From the NCBI GenBank assembly GCA_035650735.1, contig DASRGZ010000064.1, positions 1 to 64,000 on the forward strand: a stretch of DNA of 64,000 bases, in the 5' to 3' direction. How positions within the stretch are numbered: the stretch's first letter is position 1; each line of letters begins with the position of its first letter. Position numbers and translations under genes: made by a program. Shown piece after piece: positions 56,387 through 64,000 of the stretch. The notes beneath the pieces are model-generated. The model did not search any database and had not been told where the DNA came from. It saw only the letters and a list, made by a program, of their open reading frames with translations. Origin of the DNA: Chthonomonadaceae bacterium. Lineage in GTDB: Bacteria; Armatimonadota; Chthonomonadetes; Chthonomonadales; Chthonomonadaceae.

Positions 56387-56450
56387 GAAAAGGCACCTCT
56401 ACGAAAGGGCAGTCAAGGAGCCGAAGGCGCCATTTAGGGCCCTCGTTTTT

Positions 56451-56480
56451 AATCTGTGGTAATCTGCCTAATCTGTGGAT
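56451..56480. repeat. Short tandem AATCTG-core repeat
   Basis: AATCTGTGGT AATCTGCCT AATCTGTGG. Confidence 0.5.
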
Positions 56481-56484
56481 TCTC

Positions 56485-56991
56485 TCACTCGCGGCCTACG
56501 AGTTGGCGGCGGACTTCGCGTTCCCGGTCGCGCTCAGCGATGCTTTCGCGCTTGTCATAGAGCTTCTTGCCGCGCGCCAGGCCGATCTCTAGCTTGGCAA
56601 AACCGCGCTGGAAGAACAACACCAGCGGCACGATGGTCAGCCCTTTTTGCTCGATCTGGGCGCGCAAGCGCTCGATCTCCCAGCGGTGCAGCAGCAGCTT
56701 GCGCTTGCGCAGCGGCTCCACGTTCCAGCGGTTGCCCTGCTCATAGGGCGCAATGTACATGTTATAGATCCAAGCTTCGCCGTTTTCGATCCGAACGAAG
56801 GCATCCTGGAAGTTGAGCTTGCCGGCGCGCAGCGATTTGACCTCCGTGCCCACCAGCGCCAGGCCCGCCTCGTAGGTCTCCAGGATCTCATACTCGTGGC
56901 GCGCGCGCCGGTTGATAGAGACGATCTTCTTGGCGTTCGGGTCCCGCTCGGCGCCCGCAGGCGCCTTGCCAGCCGCTTTATCCCTTCTCAT
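56485..56991 (-). CDS. smpB: SsrA-binding protein SmpB
   Basis: NRRARHEY, EAGLALVGTEVKSLR, RKLLLH, ARGKKLYDKRE. Confidence 0.98.
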   Translation of the reverse strand: MRRDKAAGKAPAGAERDPNAKKIVSINRRARHEYEILETYEAGLALVGTEVKSLRAGKLNFQDAFVRIENGEAWIYNMYIAPYEQGNRWNVEPLRKRKLLLHRWEIERLRAQIEQKGLTIVPLVLFFQRGFAKLEIGLARGKKLYDKRESIAERDREREVRRQLVGRE

Positions 56992-59651
56992 CGCCGTTTG
57001 CGCTCCTGCGCCTGCGGATAGAGGGCTTCCTGCGTGGCGGCGGGCCGTTCCTCCGCCGGAGCGGGATCGCCTTCCGGCGGCGCGACCTTCTTCCGCAGCA
57101 CCATCGCCACAGCGTTTAGCAGGTCCGTCTGGTTAATCGGCTTGGCAAGCACGGCATCCGGCAGCACCTCGGCGACATGAGTTTGCAGCAGGTTCTCGCC
57201 CCAGCCGGTCAGCAGCACGACCGGCAGCTCCGACCAGCGGTGCTTGATCTCCTCGACTAACTGCAGCCCGGTCATGCCCGGCATCCCATGATCGGTGAGC
57301 ACCATATGGTACTCCCCGGCTTTCTCCTCCAGCACCGCCAGGGCCTCCTCCGCGCTATGGACGACGGTAACGCGATGGCCGTGCCGACTCAGGATGCTGG
57401 TAAGCACGCTGGCGACAAAGGGCTCATCGTCCACAACCAGCAGCCGGGCCTCCATCGGCAGGGGCAGCATCGCGGGCACCTGGGAGGCAACGGGTCCCCG
57501 ACCTTCCTCTGCGGTGACAGGCAGGCGGATGAAAAAGTGGGTTCCCTGGCCCGGCGCGCTCTGCACGTCAATCGTGCCGCCGTGCCGCTGGATGATCGTC
57601 CAGGAAACGGCCAGCCCCAGCCCGGTGCCCTCCACACCGCGCGTGGTAAAGAACGGATCGAAGATGCGCGCCACCACCTCCGGGGCCATGCCGACCCCTG
57701 TGTCGCCGATCTCGATTTCGACCTGGTTATCGCCGTAGGGTCGGGTGCGCAGGCTGAGCGTGCCGCCGTTGGGCATGGCGTGCAGCGCATTGTGAATCAT
57801 ATTGACCAGCACTTCGCGCAGGCCGCTCGGCTCCGCGAGGATGAGAGGAACGGGCTGCAAGTCTACGTCAATGCGATAGGTGCGGCCCTCCTTCTGGGCG
57901 GTATCCTTCCACCGGGGCCGCGTCATCTCCACCACGTCTTGGACGATGATGTTGACGTCGGTGGGCTCGCCGTTCGTGGTCACGCGCTGGCGGGCGAAGC
58001 GCTGCAAGCGCTGGACGGTGCTGGAGGCATCCTCTGCGGCTTTGCGAATAATGGCCAGGTGCGTGGCGAGCGCCTGCGAGTCATCCAGGCTGCCCTCGGC
58101 CAGCTCTGTATAGCCCAGGATCGCCATGAGCGCGTTGTTGAAGTCGTGGGCCACGCCGCTAGCCAGTTCACCGATGGCGCGCATCTTCTCCATCTGCACC
58201 ATCTGCGCGTGGGCAGCCCGCGCCTGGTTCAAGGCCGCCTCGGCGGCGTTGCGCGCCGCATCGGCTTCCTGGCGTGCCTTGACCAATTCCGTGACCTCAA
58301 AGCCCAGCAGCATCACGCCGGCCACCTGCCCATTCTCGTTGGGCACCGGCAGCAGCGAGATATCGCAGACGATCTCCTCGCGGTCGGGCCGATCCGAGTG
58401 CAGGATGGAGTGGCTGGCGTGGAACGGCGTGCCGGCGCGCACTTTTTCGAGCAGCCCCGGCGGCATGTCCCGCAGGAAATCGGCGTAGGACTTGCCGGCA
58501 GCTCCCTCCAACGGTAGGCCGAAGATGCTGGAAGCGGCGGCGTTGATGGCGGCCACGCGCAGGTCACTATTAAAGTAGATGATTCCGACGGGTGCGTTAT
58601 CAAAAATAGACTGAAGCTGGCGGCGCTGCTCGGCTATCTGCTCGTGCAGGTCGGCTTTGTGCAGAGCCACCGCCGTCTGGTCGGCAAAGGCGGTCAGGAG
58701 GCTGCGCGCGTCGTCGGGCAGATCGCGCGGCTGGGCAAAGTAGACCTCCACAACGCCATAGGTGCGCTCATCGTGACAGATGGGGCTGGAGAGGATCGTC
58801 ATCGGCGGAGCGCCGCCTTCCAGGAGCGGGACCTGGATATTATGCGCGCCGACATTGGCAAGATGGAGGGTCTTGCGCTGCGCCACCGCGCGCCCGGCCA
58901 GCGTCCGAGCGCGGTCGAGAAGGAGAGCGCCCTTCTTCCCGTCCCGCTGCAATCCGATGCTGTATCCGACCTCAAAGCGCTGACCGTCCGGCGTAAGCAG
59001 GAGGACGGCCGCGTGGGGCGTATCCAGAAACGCCGCCGCTTCGTGCGTCACGGCGCGCAGCATCTCCGGGGTGGTCTCCGAGGCGTTGACCATCTGGGCC
59101 AGTCGGCTGAGCGCCTCGGCGCGCTTGCGCGCGCGCTCGGCTTTGCGCGCCTCGCTTGCCAGCAGTCGCTCGTTCATGACGATTTCGCTGACGTTGTGAA
59201 CGCTCAGCATGAGGTAGTGCGGAGGCAGGAGCGCATCGGCAGGCTGCACCGACCATTCCCAGTGGGTAATGTTGCGGGTGCCCTGGTGGACGAAGCGCAC
59301 ACGCTGCGGCGGGGAAGCCTTGCCGCAATGCGGGCCGCACAAGACGCCGGCGACCGTGTCGCGCCAGAGTCCTTTATCCAGGCCGGGCAGGTACTCGGTC
59401 GGCAAGAGTCCATCCACCTTACCCAGGCCAGATGCCGCCTCCAGCAGCGACTCCAGCGCCGCGTTGGTCCAGAGCGTGGTTTGCGTGGCCGCATCGAGAA
59501 CGGCGATACCCAGAGGCAGCCGCTCGAACATCTGGCGCCAAAGGGGGTTGGTTTCTGAGCTGGAGGTCCTCATTCTCTCAGAAGCCAGGGACGACTGCGC
59601 GTCCATCGTATGGGTTGCGGGCCGCATATGTGTATCCGGTTGATCAGGCAT
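56988..59651 (-). CDS. Hybrid sensor histidine kinase (PAS-GAF-PAS-HisKA-HATPase-REC)
   Basis: GVAHDFNN, NMIHNA, DTGVGM, FDPFFTT, GTGLGL, VVDDE, TDHGMP. Confidence 0.92.
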   Translation of the reverse strand: MPDQPDTHMRPATHTMDAQSSLASERMRTSSSETNPLWRQMFERLPLGIAVLDAATQTTLWTNAALESLLEAASGLGKVDGLLPTEYLPGLDKGLWRDTVAGVLCGPHCGKASPPQRVRFVHQGTRNITHWEWSVQPADALLPPHYLMLSVHNVSEIVMNERLLASEARKAERARKRAEALSRLAQMVNASETTPEMLRAVTHEAAAFLDTPHAAVLLLTPDGQRFEVGYSIGLQRDGKKGALLLDRARTLAGRAVAQRKTLHLANVGAHNIQVPLLEGGAPPMTILSSPICHDERTYGVVEVYFAQPRDLPDDARSLLTAFADQTAVALHKADLHEQIAEQRRQLQSIFDNAPVGIIYFNSDLRVAAINAAASSIFGLPLEGAAGKSYADFLRDMPPGLLEKVRAGTPFHASHSILHSDRPDREEIVCDISLLPVPNENGQVAGVMLLGFEVTELVKARQEADAARNAAEAALNQARAAHAQMVQMEKMRAIGELASGVAHDFNNALMAILGYTELAEGSLDDSQALATHLAIIRKAAEDASSTVQRLQRFARQRVTTNGEPTDVNIIVQDVVEMTRPRWKDTAQKEGRTYRIDVDLQPVPLILAEPSGLREVLVNMIHNALHAMPNGGTLSLRTRPYGDNQVEIEIGDTGVGMAPEVVARIFDPFFTTRGVEGTGLGLAVSWTIIQRHGGTIDVQSAPGQGTHFFIRLPVTAEEGRGPVASQVPAMLPLPMEARLLVVDDEPFVASVLTSILSRHGHRVTVVHSAEEALAVLEEKAGEYHMVLTDHGMPGMTGLQLVEEIKHRWSELPVVLLTGWGENLLQTHVAEVLPDAVLAKPINQTDLLNAVAMVLRKKVAPPEGDPAPAEERPAATQEALYPQAQERKRR

Positions 59652-59891
59652 CGTGGCTTTCTTGTCAGAACAGGTCTGGGCTCAGTTCGTCCGCTCCGTG
59701 AGGCGACGCCATCAGGGGATAGCCCAGGTATTTACCAGACCGTTCTATTGTCACATGAAATTAGAAAACGACCATCGGTATTCCTACGTGATTTGCGTTT
59801 TATTTCGCTCTGCGATTTTTTTTTTCGGCAAGCCGGAAGGGGACCAGGAACGTCGGTCACTCCGAATCAGCTAACGAAAAACGGCGTACAA

Positions 59892-59920
59892 TTGACCCGC
59901 CGCCATAATTCTGTTATACT
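59892..59920 (+). promoter_or_regulatory. Sigma70 promoter of ftsK
   Basis: TTGACC-17-TATACT with extended -10 TG. Confidence 0.7.
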
Positions 59921-59940
59921 TTGCGCGGAGGTACCGCGTT

Positions 59941-62373
59941 ATGGTCAAAGTCCAACGCTCTCGCGGCTCGGTGCCTGAGGCCGCCAGCCGCCCCACGCAG
60001 GACATCTGCGGCCTGCTGCTCTTCTTCTGCGGCGCCGCCGGCCTGCTCTGCTTGACCTGGCCTCAACCCGGCCTGCTGCCGGCCCTGGCGGATCATTGCC
60101 TGCGCCTGCTGGCCGGGACGGGAGCCTACGTCATCCCCGTACTATTCATGATTATCGGCACGTATTTCCTGATTGGATACGACCGATTTTCTTTTTCTCA
60201 TTCTTCGTTTGGGCTACTATTACTTTTTCTCGTATTTGTTACCTGGAGGCACCTGGCATTAGTTCCCGATCCCTCTCACTGGCAGAGCGCGCAGGTCCTG
60301 CTGGCGGGAGGCTGGATCGGCGCGCTCTTCGGCTCCGCGCTGCATACGCTGTTTGGTATAACCATCAGCTACCTATTCTTACTGACGCTGACGACGGTGG
60401 CGGTTGTTCTGATGCGGGATCAGCCGTTCATTGAGCTGGCGCGGCAGGTCTGGATGCAGAGCCGAAGGGGAGCGCAGGCGGCAGGGCGCGGCCTGGAGCG
60501 GGGTGTGCAGGCGGGAGCCGCACTGCTTCCGGCGCGCAAAGAGAGCAAGCCCGTGCCGGAAAAGAGGCCGGCGCCGGCCCTGCCCGGCGGCGAGGGCCGA
60601 AGGGAGCGTGCCGCCCGTGTGGTGGAGCGCGCCCTGGTTCCGGCGCGTGCTGCCCAAAGCGCAGAGGAAGATCCGGAGCCGCCGGAGGGAAAGGGTTTCA
60701 ATCTCTTCAGCCTGACGCGCGCCTGGCGCGGCAAAGAGGACGATGCTGACCTGCCTGTCGAGGCGACCCCGCCTGCGCCTCCCGTGAAGGCGGAGCGCAA
60801 CGGCGGCAGGGAGAGCGCTGCGAAGAGCGAAGCCGCCGCTCCGAAAGCGAAAAACACTCCGCCCGACGCGACAGCCCCCGCACCTGCCGCTTCTCCCGTC
60901 ACCCCCATCGTCTTCGTGCTGCCGCCGCTGACGCTGCTCAAGGAGTCGCCGCCCGCCCCGGTCCGGCGCTCACAGGCCGAGCTAACCGACAAAGTTCACA
61001 TCATCGAGCAAACGCTGGAGCAGTTCAACATCGGCGCGAACGTCGTCGAGGTAGCCAGCGGCCCCAGCGTCACCCGCTATGAGATCCAGCTTGCGCCGGG
61101 CATCAAGGTCAGCAAGATCGTCAGCCTCGCCGACAACCTCGCCATGAGCCTGGCGGCTATTGACGTGCGGGTGGAGGCTCCCATTCCCGGCAAGTCAGCT
61201 ATCGGCGTGGAGGTGCCCAACACGACGCCGATAGTGGTGAGCCTGCGCGAATGCCTGGATACGGACGAGTTCCGCGACGCGCCCTCCAAGCTCACCTTCG
61301 CGCTCGGCAAGGACGTGGCAGGCCAGTACAAGTACGCCGACCTGGCCAAGATGCCCCACCTGCTCATCGGCGGCTCGACAAACTCCGGCAAGTCGGTCTG
61401 CCTGAATTCCATCATCGCCAGCCTGGTCTACCGGGCCACCCCGCGCGAGGTCCAGTTGTTGATGCTCGACCCCAAGCGAGTGGAGTTGAGCCTGTGGGAC
61501 GGCATCCCGAACCTGATGCACCCGGTCGTCAAGGACGTGCGGCAGGCGGCGGGCATCTTCCGCGCCGCGCTCAAGGAGATGGATCGCCGCTACGACCTCT
61601 TCTCGGCGCTGGGGACGCGCAACATTGACGGGTACAACCAGCGCGTGCCCGAATCCGAGCGCCTGCCCTATATTGTGCTGATCGTGGACGAACTGGCCGA
61701 CCTGATGATGCAGCAGGGACCGGAGATCGAGACGAGCATCTGCCGGCTGGCCCAGTTGGCCCGCGCTACCGGCATCCACTTGGTCATCGCCACGCAGCGG
61801 CCCTCCGTGGACGTCATCACCGGAACCATCAAGGCTAATATCTCCTCCCGTATCGCGTTTGCGGTCGCTTCCCAGGTCGACTCGCGCACCATCCTGGATA
61901 TGAACGGCGCGGAGCGGCTGATCGGGCGCGGCGATATGCTCTTCATGCCAATTGACGCCGCCAAACCCGTCCGCATCCAGGGCTGCTACCTGAGCGAGAG
62001 CGAGACGAACGCGCTGGTGGAGTACCTTAAAGAGCAGGAGCAGCCGAACTACACCTTCTCGGTGGCGGAGGTCGGAGGCGGGGACAGCAAGGGCGGAGCG
62101 GCTCCCGAAGATGAGGTGGACGACGCCTTCTTCGAGCAGGCGGTGCGGCTGGTGGTCAACAACGGTCAGGCATCCACGTCCATGCTGCAGCGGCGATTCC
62201 GCATCGGCTACACGCGGGCGGCGCGCATCGTGGAGCTAATGGAGGAGAAGGGCATCGTCGGGCCGCTCAACGGAGCCAAGCCGCGCGAGATCCTGGTCAG
62301 TAAGGACGAGGTCGAGCGCATGTTCAATCCCGCCCACATCCCCGGCGTAGACGATTACCAGGACGAGGGCTAG
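59941..62373 (+). CDS. ftsK: DNA translocase FtsK/SpoIIIE
   Basis: N-terminal TMs; PHLLIGGSTNSGKS, DPKRVEL, VDELADLM, ATQRPSVDV, gamma domain RIGYTRAAR. Confidence 0.97.
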   Translation: MVKVQRSRGSVPEAASRPTQDICGLLLFFCGAAGLLCLTWPQPGLLPALADHCLRLLAGTGAYVIPVLFMIIGTYFLIGYDRFSFSHSSFGLLLLFLVFVTWRHLALVPDPSHWQSAQVLLAGGWIGALFGSALHTLFGITISYLFLLTLTTVAVVLMRDQPFIELARQVWMQSRRGAQAAGRGLERGVQAGAALLPARKESKPVPEKRPAPALPGGEGRRERAARVVERALVPARAAQSAEEDPEPPEGKGFNLFSLTRAWRGKEDDADLPVEATPPAPPVKAERNGGRESAAKSEAAAPKAKNTPPDATAPAPAASPVTPIVFVLPPLTLLKESPPAPVRRSQAELTDKVHIIEQTLEQFNIGANVVEVASGPSVTRYEIQLAPGIKVSKIVSLADNLAMSLAAIDVRVEAPIPGKSAIGVEVPNTTPIVVSLRECLDTDEFRDAPSKLTFALGKDVAGQYKYADLAKMPHLLIGGSTNSGKSVCLNSIIASLVYRATPREVQLLMLDPKRVELSLWDGIPNLMHPVVKDVRQAAGIFRAALKEMDRRYDLFSALGTRNIDGYNQRVPESERLPYIVLIVDELADLMMQQGPEIETSICRLAQLARATGIHLVIATQRPSVDVITGTIKANISSRIAFAVASQVDSRTILDMNGAERLIGRGDMLFMPIDAAKPVRIQGCYLSESETNALVEYLKEQEQPNYTFSVAEVGGGDSKGGAAPEDEVDDAFFEQAVRLVVNNGQASTSMLQRRFRIGYTRAARIVELMEEKGIVGPLNGAKPREILVSKDEVERMFNPAHIPGVDDYQDEG

Positions 62374-62454
62374 CCGCCTGGAGCGTGCCGGAAGCGAGGA
62401 GCGCAGAACCGTAAAAATACGGGCAAAATCCTCCCAATCGGGCGAAAATAATCG

Positions 62455-62484
62455 TTGACAAATGGTATGGGATTGGTTTATACT
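62455..62484 (+). promoter_or_regulatory. Sigma70 promoter of the GntR/LacI regulator
   Basis: TTGACA-18-TATACT. Confidence 0.65.
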
Positions 62485-62516
62485 GGCATAAAATCGGTCT
62501 ATTGCGTCTGCTACCC

Positions 62517-63680
62517 ATGGGCAACCATCTCTCCAAAAAGAATAGCCGCCTGCCGGCTTATCTGCGCATCGCGCAACTGCTGCGCGACCGCATTACGCAC
62601 GGCATCTATCGGCCAGAGGAGTTTCTGCCCCCGGAGCGCGATCTGGCCGAAGAACTGGGCGCCAGCCGACAGACCATTCGCCTGGCCATTGATACCTTGC
62701 GCCAGCAGGGGCTGGTCGTGCCGGAGCAGGGGCGCGGTACCCGCATCCTGCGTCTCCATCCATCCCCTCTCGCGCAGGAGCCGTCAGATCGCTTCCATCT
62801 GGCCGCGCTGGTCATCTACGGCATGTCGCGCGAAGGCTCTGCCGCTATCTTCCAGGGCTGCCAGGCGGCCATGCGCCAGGAGGACTTCCATCTGATCGTC
62901 TGCGAGACGGCCCGCGATACCCGCGCCCGCGCTGCCGACGAGGCTGCCCATCTGCGTGCGCTGCTGGACAAGGGCATCCAGGGCATTATTATCTATGCCG
63001 AGCCGACCGACCAGAACCGTGCTTTGCTGCAAACGGCCCTGGAACGGGGCGTGCAGGTCGTGCAGATCGACCGGTACCTGCCCGGCCTGGAGTGCGATTA
63101 TGTGGGCGTGGATAACGTGACGGCAGCGCGGGAGATGGTCGAGCACCTGTGGCAGGCGGGACACCGGCGCATCGCGTTTCTCTCCATTGAGCCGGAACCT
63201 TCCAGCTGCCAGGAGCGCCTGCAAGGCTACAAAGCCGGCCTGCGCGCGCATGGCATAGAGGCCGAACCGAACTGGATCGCCCACTGGGACGGGCAGCAGA
63301 GCGGCCCGAATGATCTGGCGCACATCCTCGCCCGCTGGATGGCGCTGCCAGAACGGACTACCGCCGTTTTTGCCGTCAACGACTCCCTGGCCCTGATGAT
63401 CATGCAGGCGCTTCGGAAGCAGGGAGTGCATATTCCGGAGGATATGGCCGTCGTCGGCTTCGACAACCAACATCTGGCCGCGTTTGTGTCGCCGCCACTG
63501 ACGACGGTGCAGCAGCCGTTCGTGGAACTCGGCGAGACGGCGGCGCGGCTGCTTCTCGATCGCATGGCCGGTCGCTATAGCGGGGTTGCCCGGCGCGTGC
63601 TGCTCTCCACGCGCCTGATCCTCCGGCAGTCCTGCGGGGCCGGCCAGTCAGCAGAATTCGTTGCCCGGGTGCCTGCCTGA
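62517..63680 (+). CDS. GntR-HTH + LacI-type sugar-binding regulator (AraR-like)
   Basis: LPPERDLAEELGASRQTIR, QGRGT; GHRRIAF, AVVGFDN, LTTVQQP. Confidence 0.93.
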   Translation: MGNHLSKKNSRLPAYLRIAQLLRDRITHGIYRPEEFLPPERDLAEELGASRQTIRLAIDTLRQQGLVVPEQGRGTRILRLHPSPLAQEPSDRFHLAALVIYGMSREGSAAIFQGCQAAMRQEDFHLIVCETARDTRARAADEAAHLRALLDKGIQGIIIYAEPTDQNRALLQTALERGVQVVQIDRYLPGLECDYVGVDNVTAAREMVEHLWQAGHRRIAFLSIEPEPSSCQERLQGYKAGLRAHGIEAEPNWIAHWDGQQSGPNDLAHILARWMALPERTTAVFAVNDSLALMIMQALRKQGVHIPEDMAVVGFDNQHLAAFVSPPLTTVQQPFVELGETAARLLLDRMAGRYSGVARRVLLSTRLILRQSCGAGQSAEFVARVPA

Positions 63681-63799
63681 TCGACCCATGGGATAGCACT
63701 CTTGGTGACAACCGGGCCAGGGCAACGGTTGTCCTCACTACCAACTCAGGACAGGCAACAAGGGTGCAGCCCTGCGCCGCACCGAAGGAGGTGAAACAG

Positions 63800-64000
63800 G
63801 TGAAAAAAGAACTCAATCCCGTCGTTGTCTGGGTGATTCTGGGAGTAGCCGCGCTTGTCGTGATCGTCATCGGGTATCGCGTTCTGGCCCCCAAGCCGTT
63901 TGTTCCGGATCGAACCGGGAGCGAGCAAGCCATGCAAAAAGTTAAGACCACTGGCAAGTTTTATTCGCCGCCCGCTGGCGCTCCATTTGCGGGAGGAGGA
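63800..64000 (+). CDS. Small single-TM protein (KKELNP family), runs off the window
   Basis: [16 protein letters not shown] start, VKKELNPVVVWVILGVAALVVIVIGYR; paralog of 52111-52356. Confidence 0.75.
   Translation, partial: MKKELNPVVVWVILGVAALVVIVIGYRVLAPKPFVPDRTGSEQAMQKVKTTGKFYSPPAGAPFAGGG

Noticed and set aside
56280..56484. tmRNA next to smpB
   Set aside because: Intergenic space is about 200 bp and lacks tRNA-like ends
59816..59825. T10 tract between the kinase gene and ftsK as a phase-variation site
   Set aside because: Not between recognisable -35/-10 boxes and not in a CDS
63681..63790. Riboswitch in the leader of the last small gene (GACAACCG/CGGTTGTC hairpin)
   Set aside because: Simple hairpins only; no recognisable aptamer consensus

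Overview
GC-rich bacterial chromosomal window, most likely Armatimonadota (Chthonomonas-like; inferred from the prepilin/DUF1559-type genes and overall gene content). Housekeeping genes (groEL 3' end, tsaD, family-4 UDG, HIT, tatD, smpB, trxC, ftsK) alternate with accessory modules. These include an ergothioneine cluster (egtE-like, egtD, egtB, quaternary-amine ABC transporter), sugar catabolism genes, a split chrB locus, a molybdate ABC locus, two prepilin-type genes, two hybrid histidine kinases and many REP-like palindromes. Most notable: (1) a three-gene operon encoding an ECF-like sigma factor, an XRE-HTH protein and an ImmA/IrrE-peptidase/UvrD-helicase/Fe-S PD-(D/E)XK-fold fusion, a candidate DNA-sensing proteolytic signalling system; (2) two tandem secreted thioredoxin-TPR genes with in-frame UGA in a UxxC motif, i.e. 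probable selenoproteins split by the ORF track, with conserved downstream hairpins; (3) a ~42-nt covarying structured micro-element nested in REP palindromes; (4) a promoter with a G10 tract in its -35/-10 spacer; (5) an HxG-type PhyH-family enzyme. No rRNA, tRNA, cas or transposase genes were recognised. All calls are from reading the sequence; no database searches were run.
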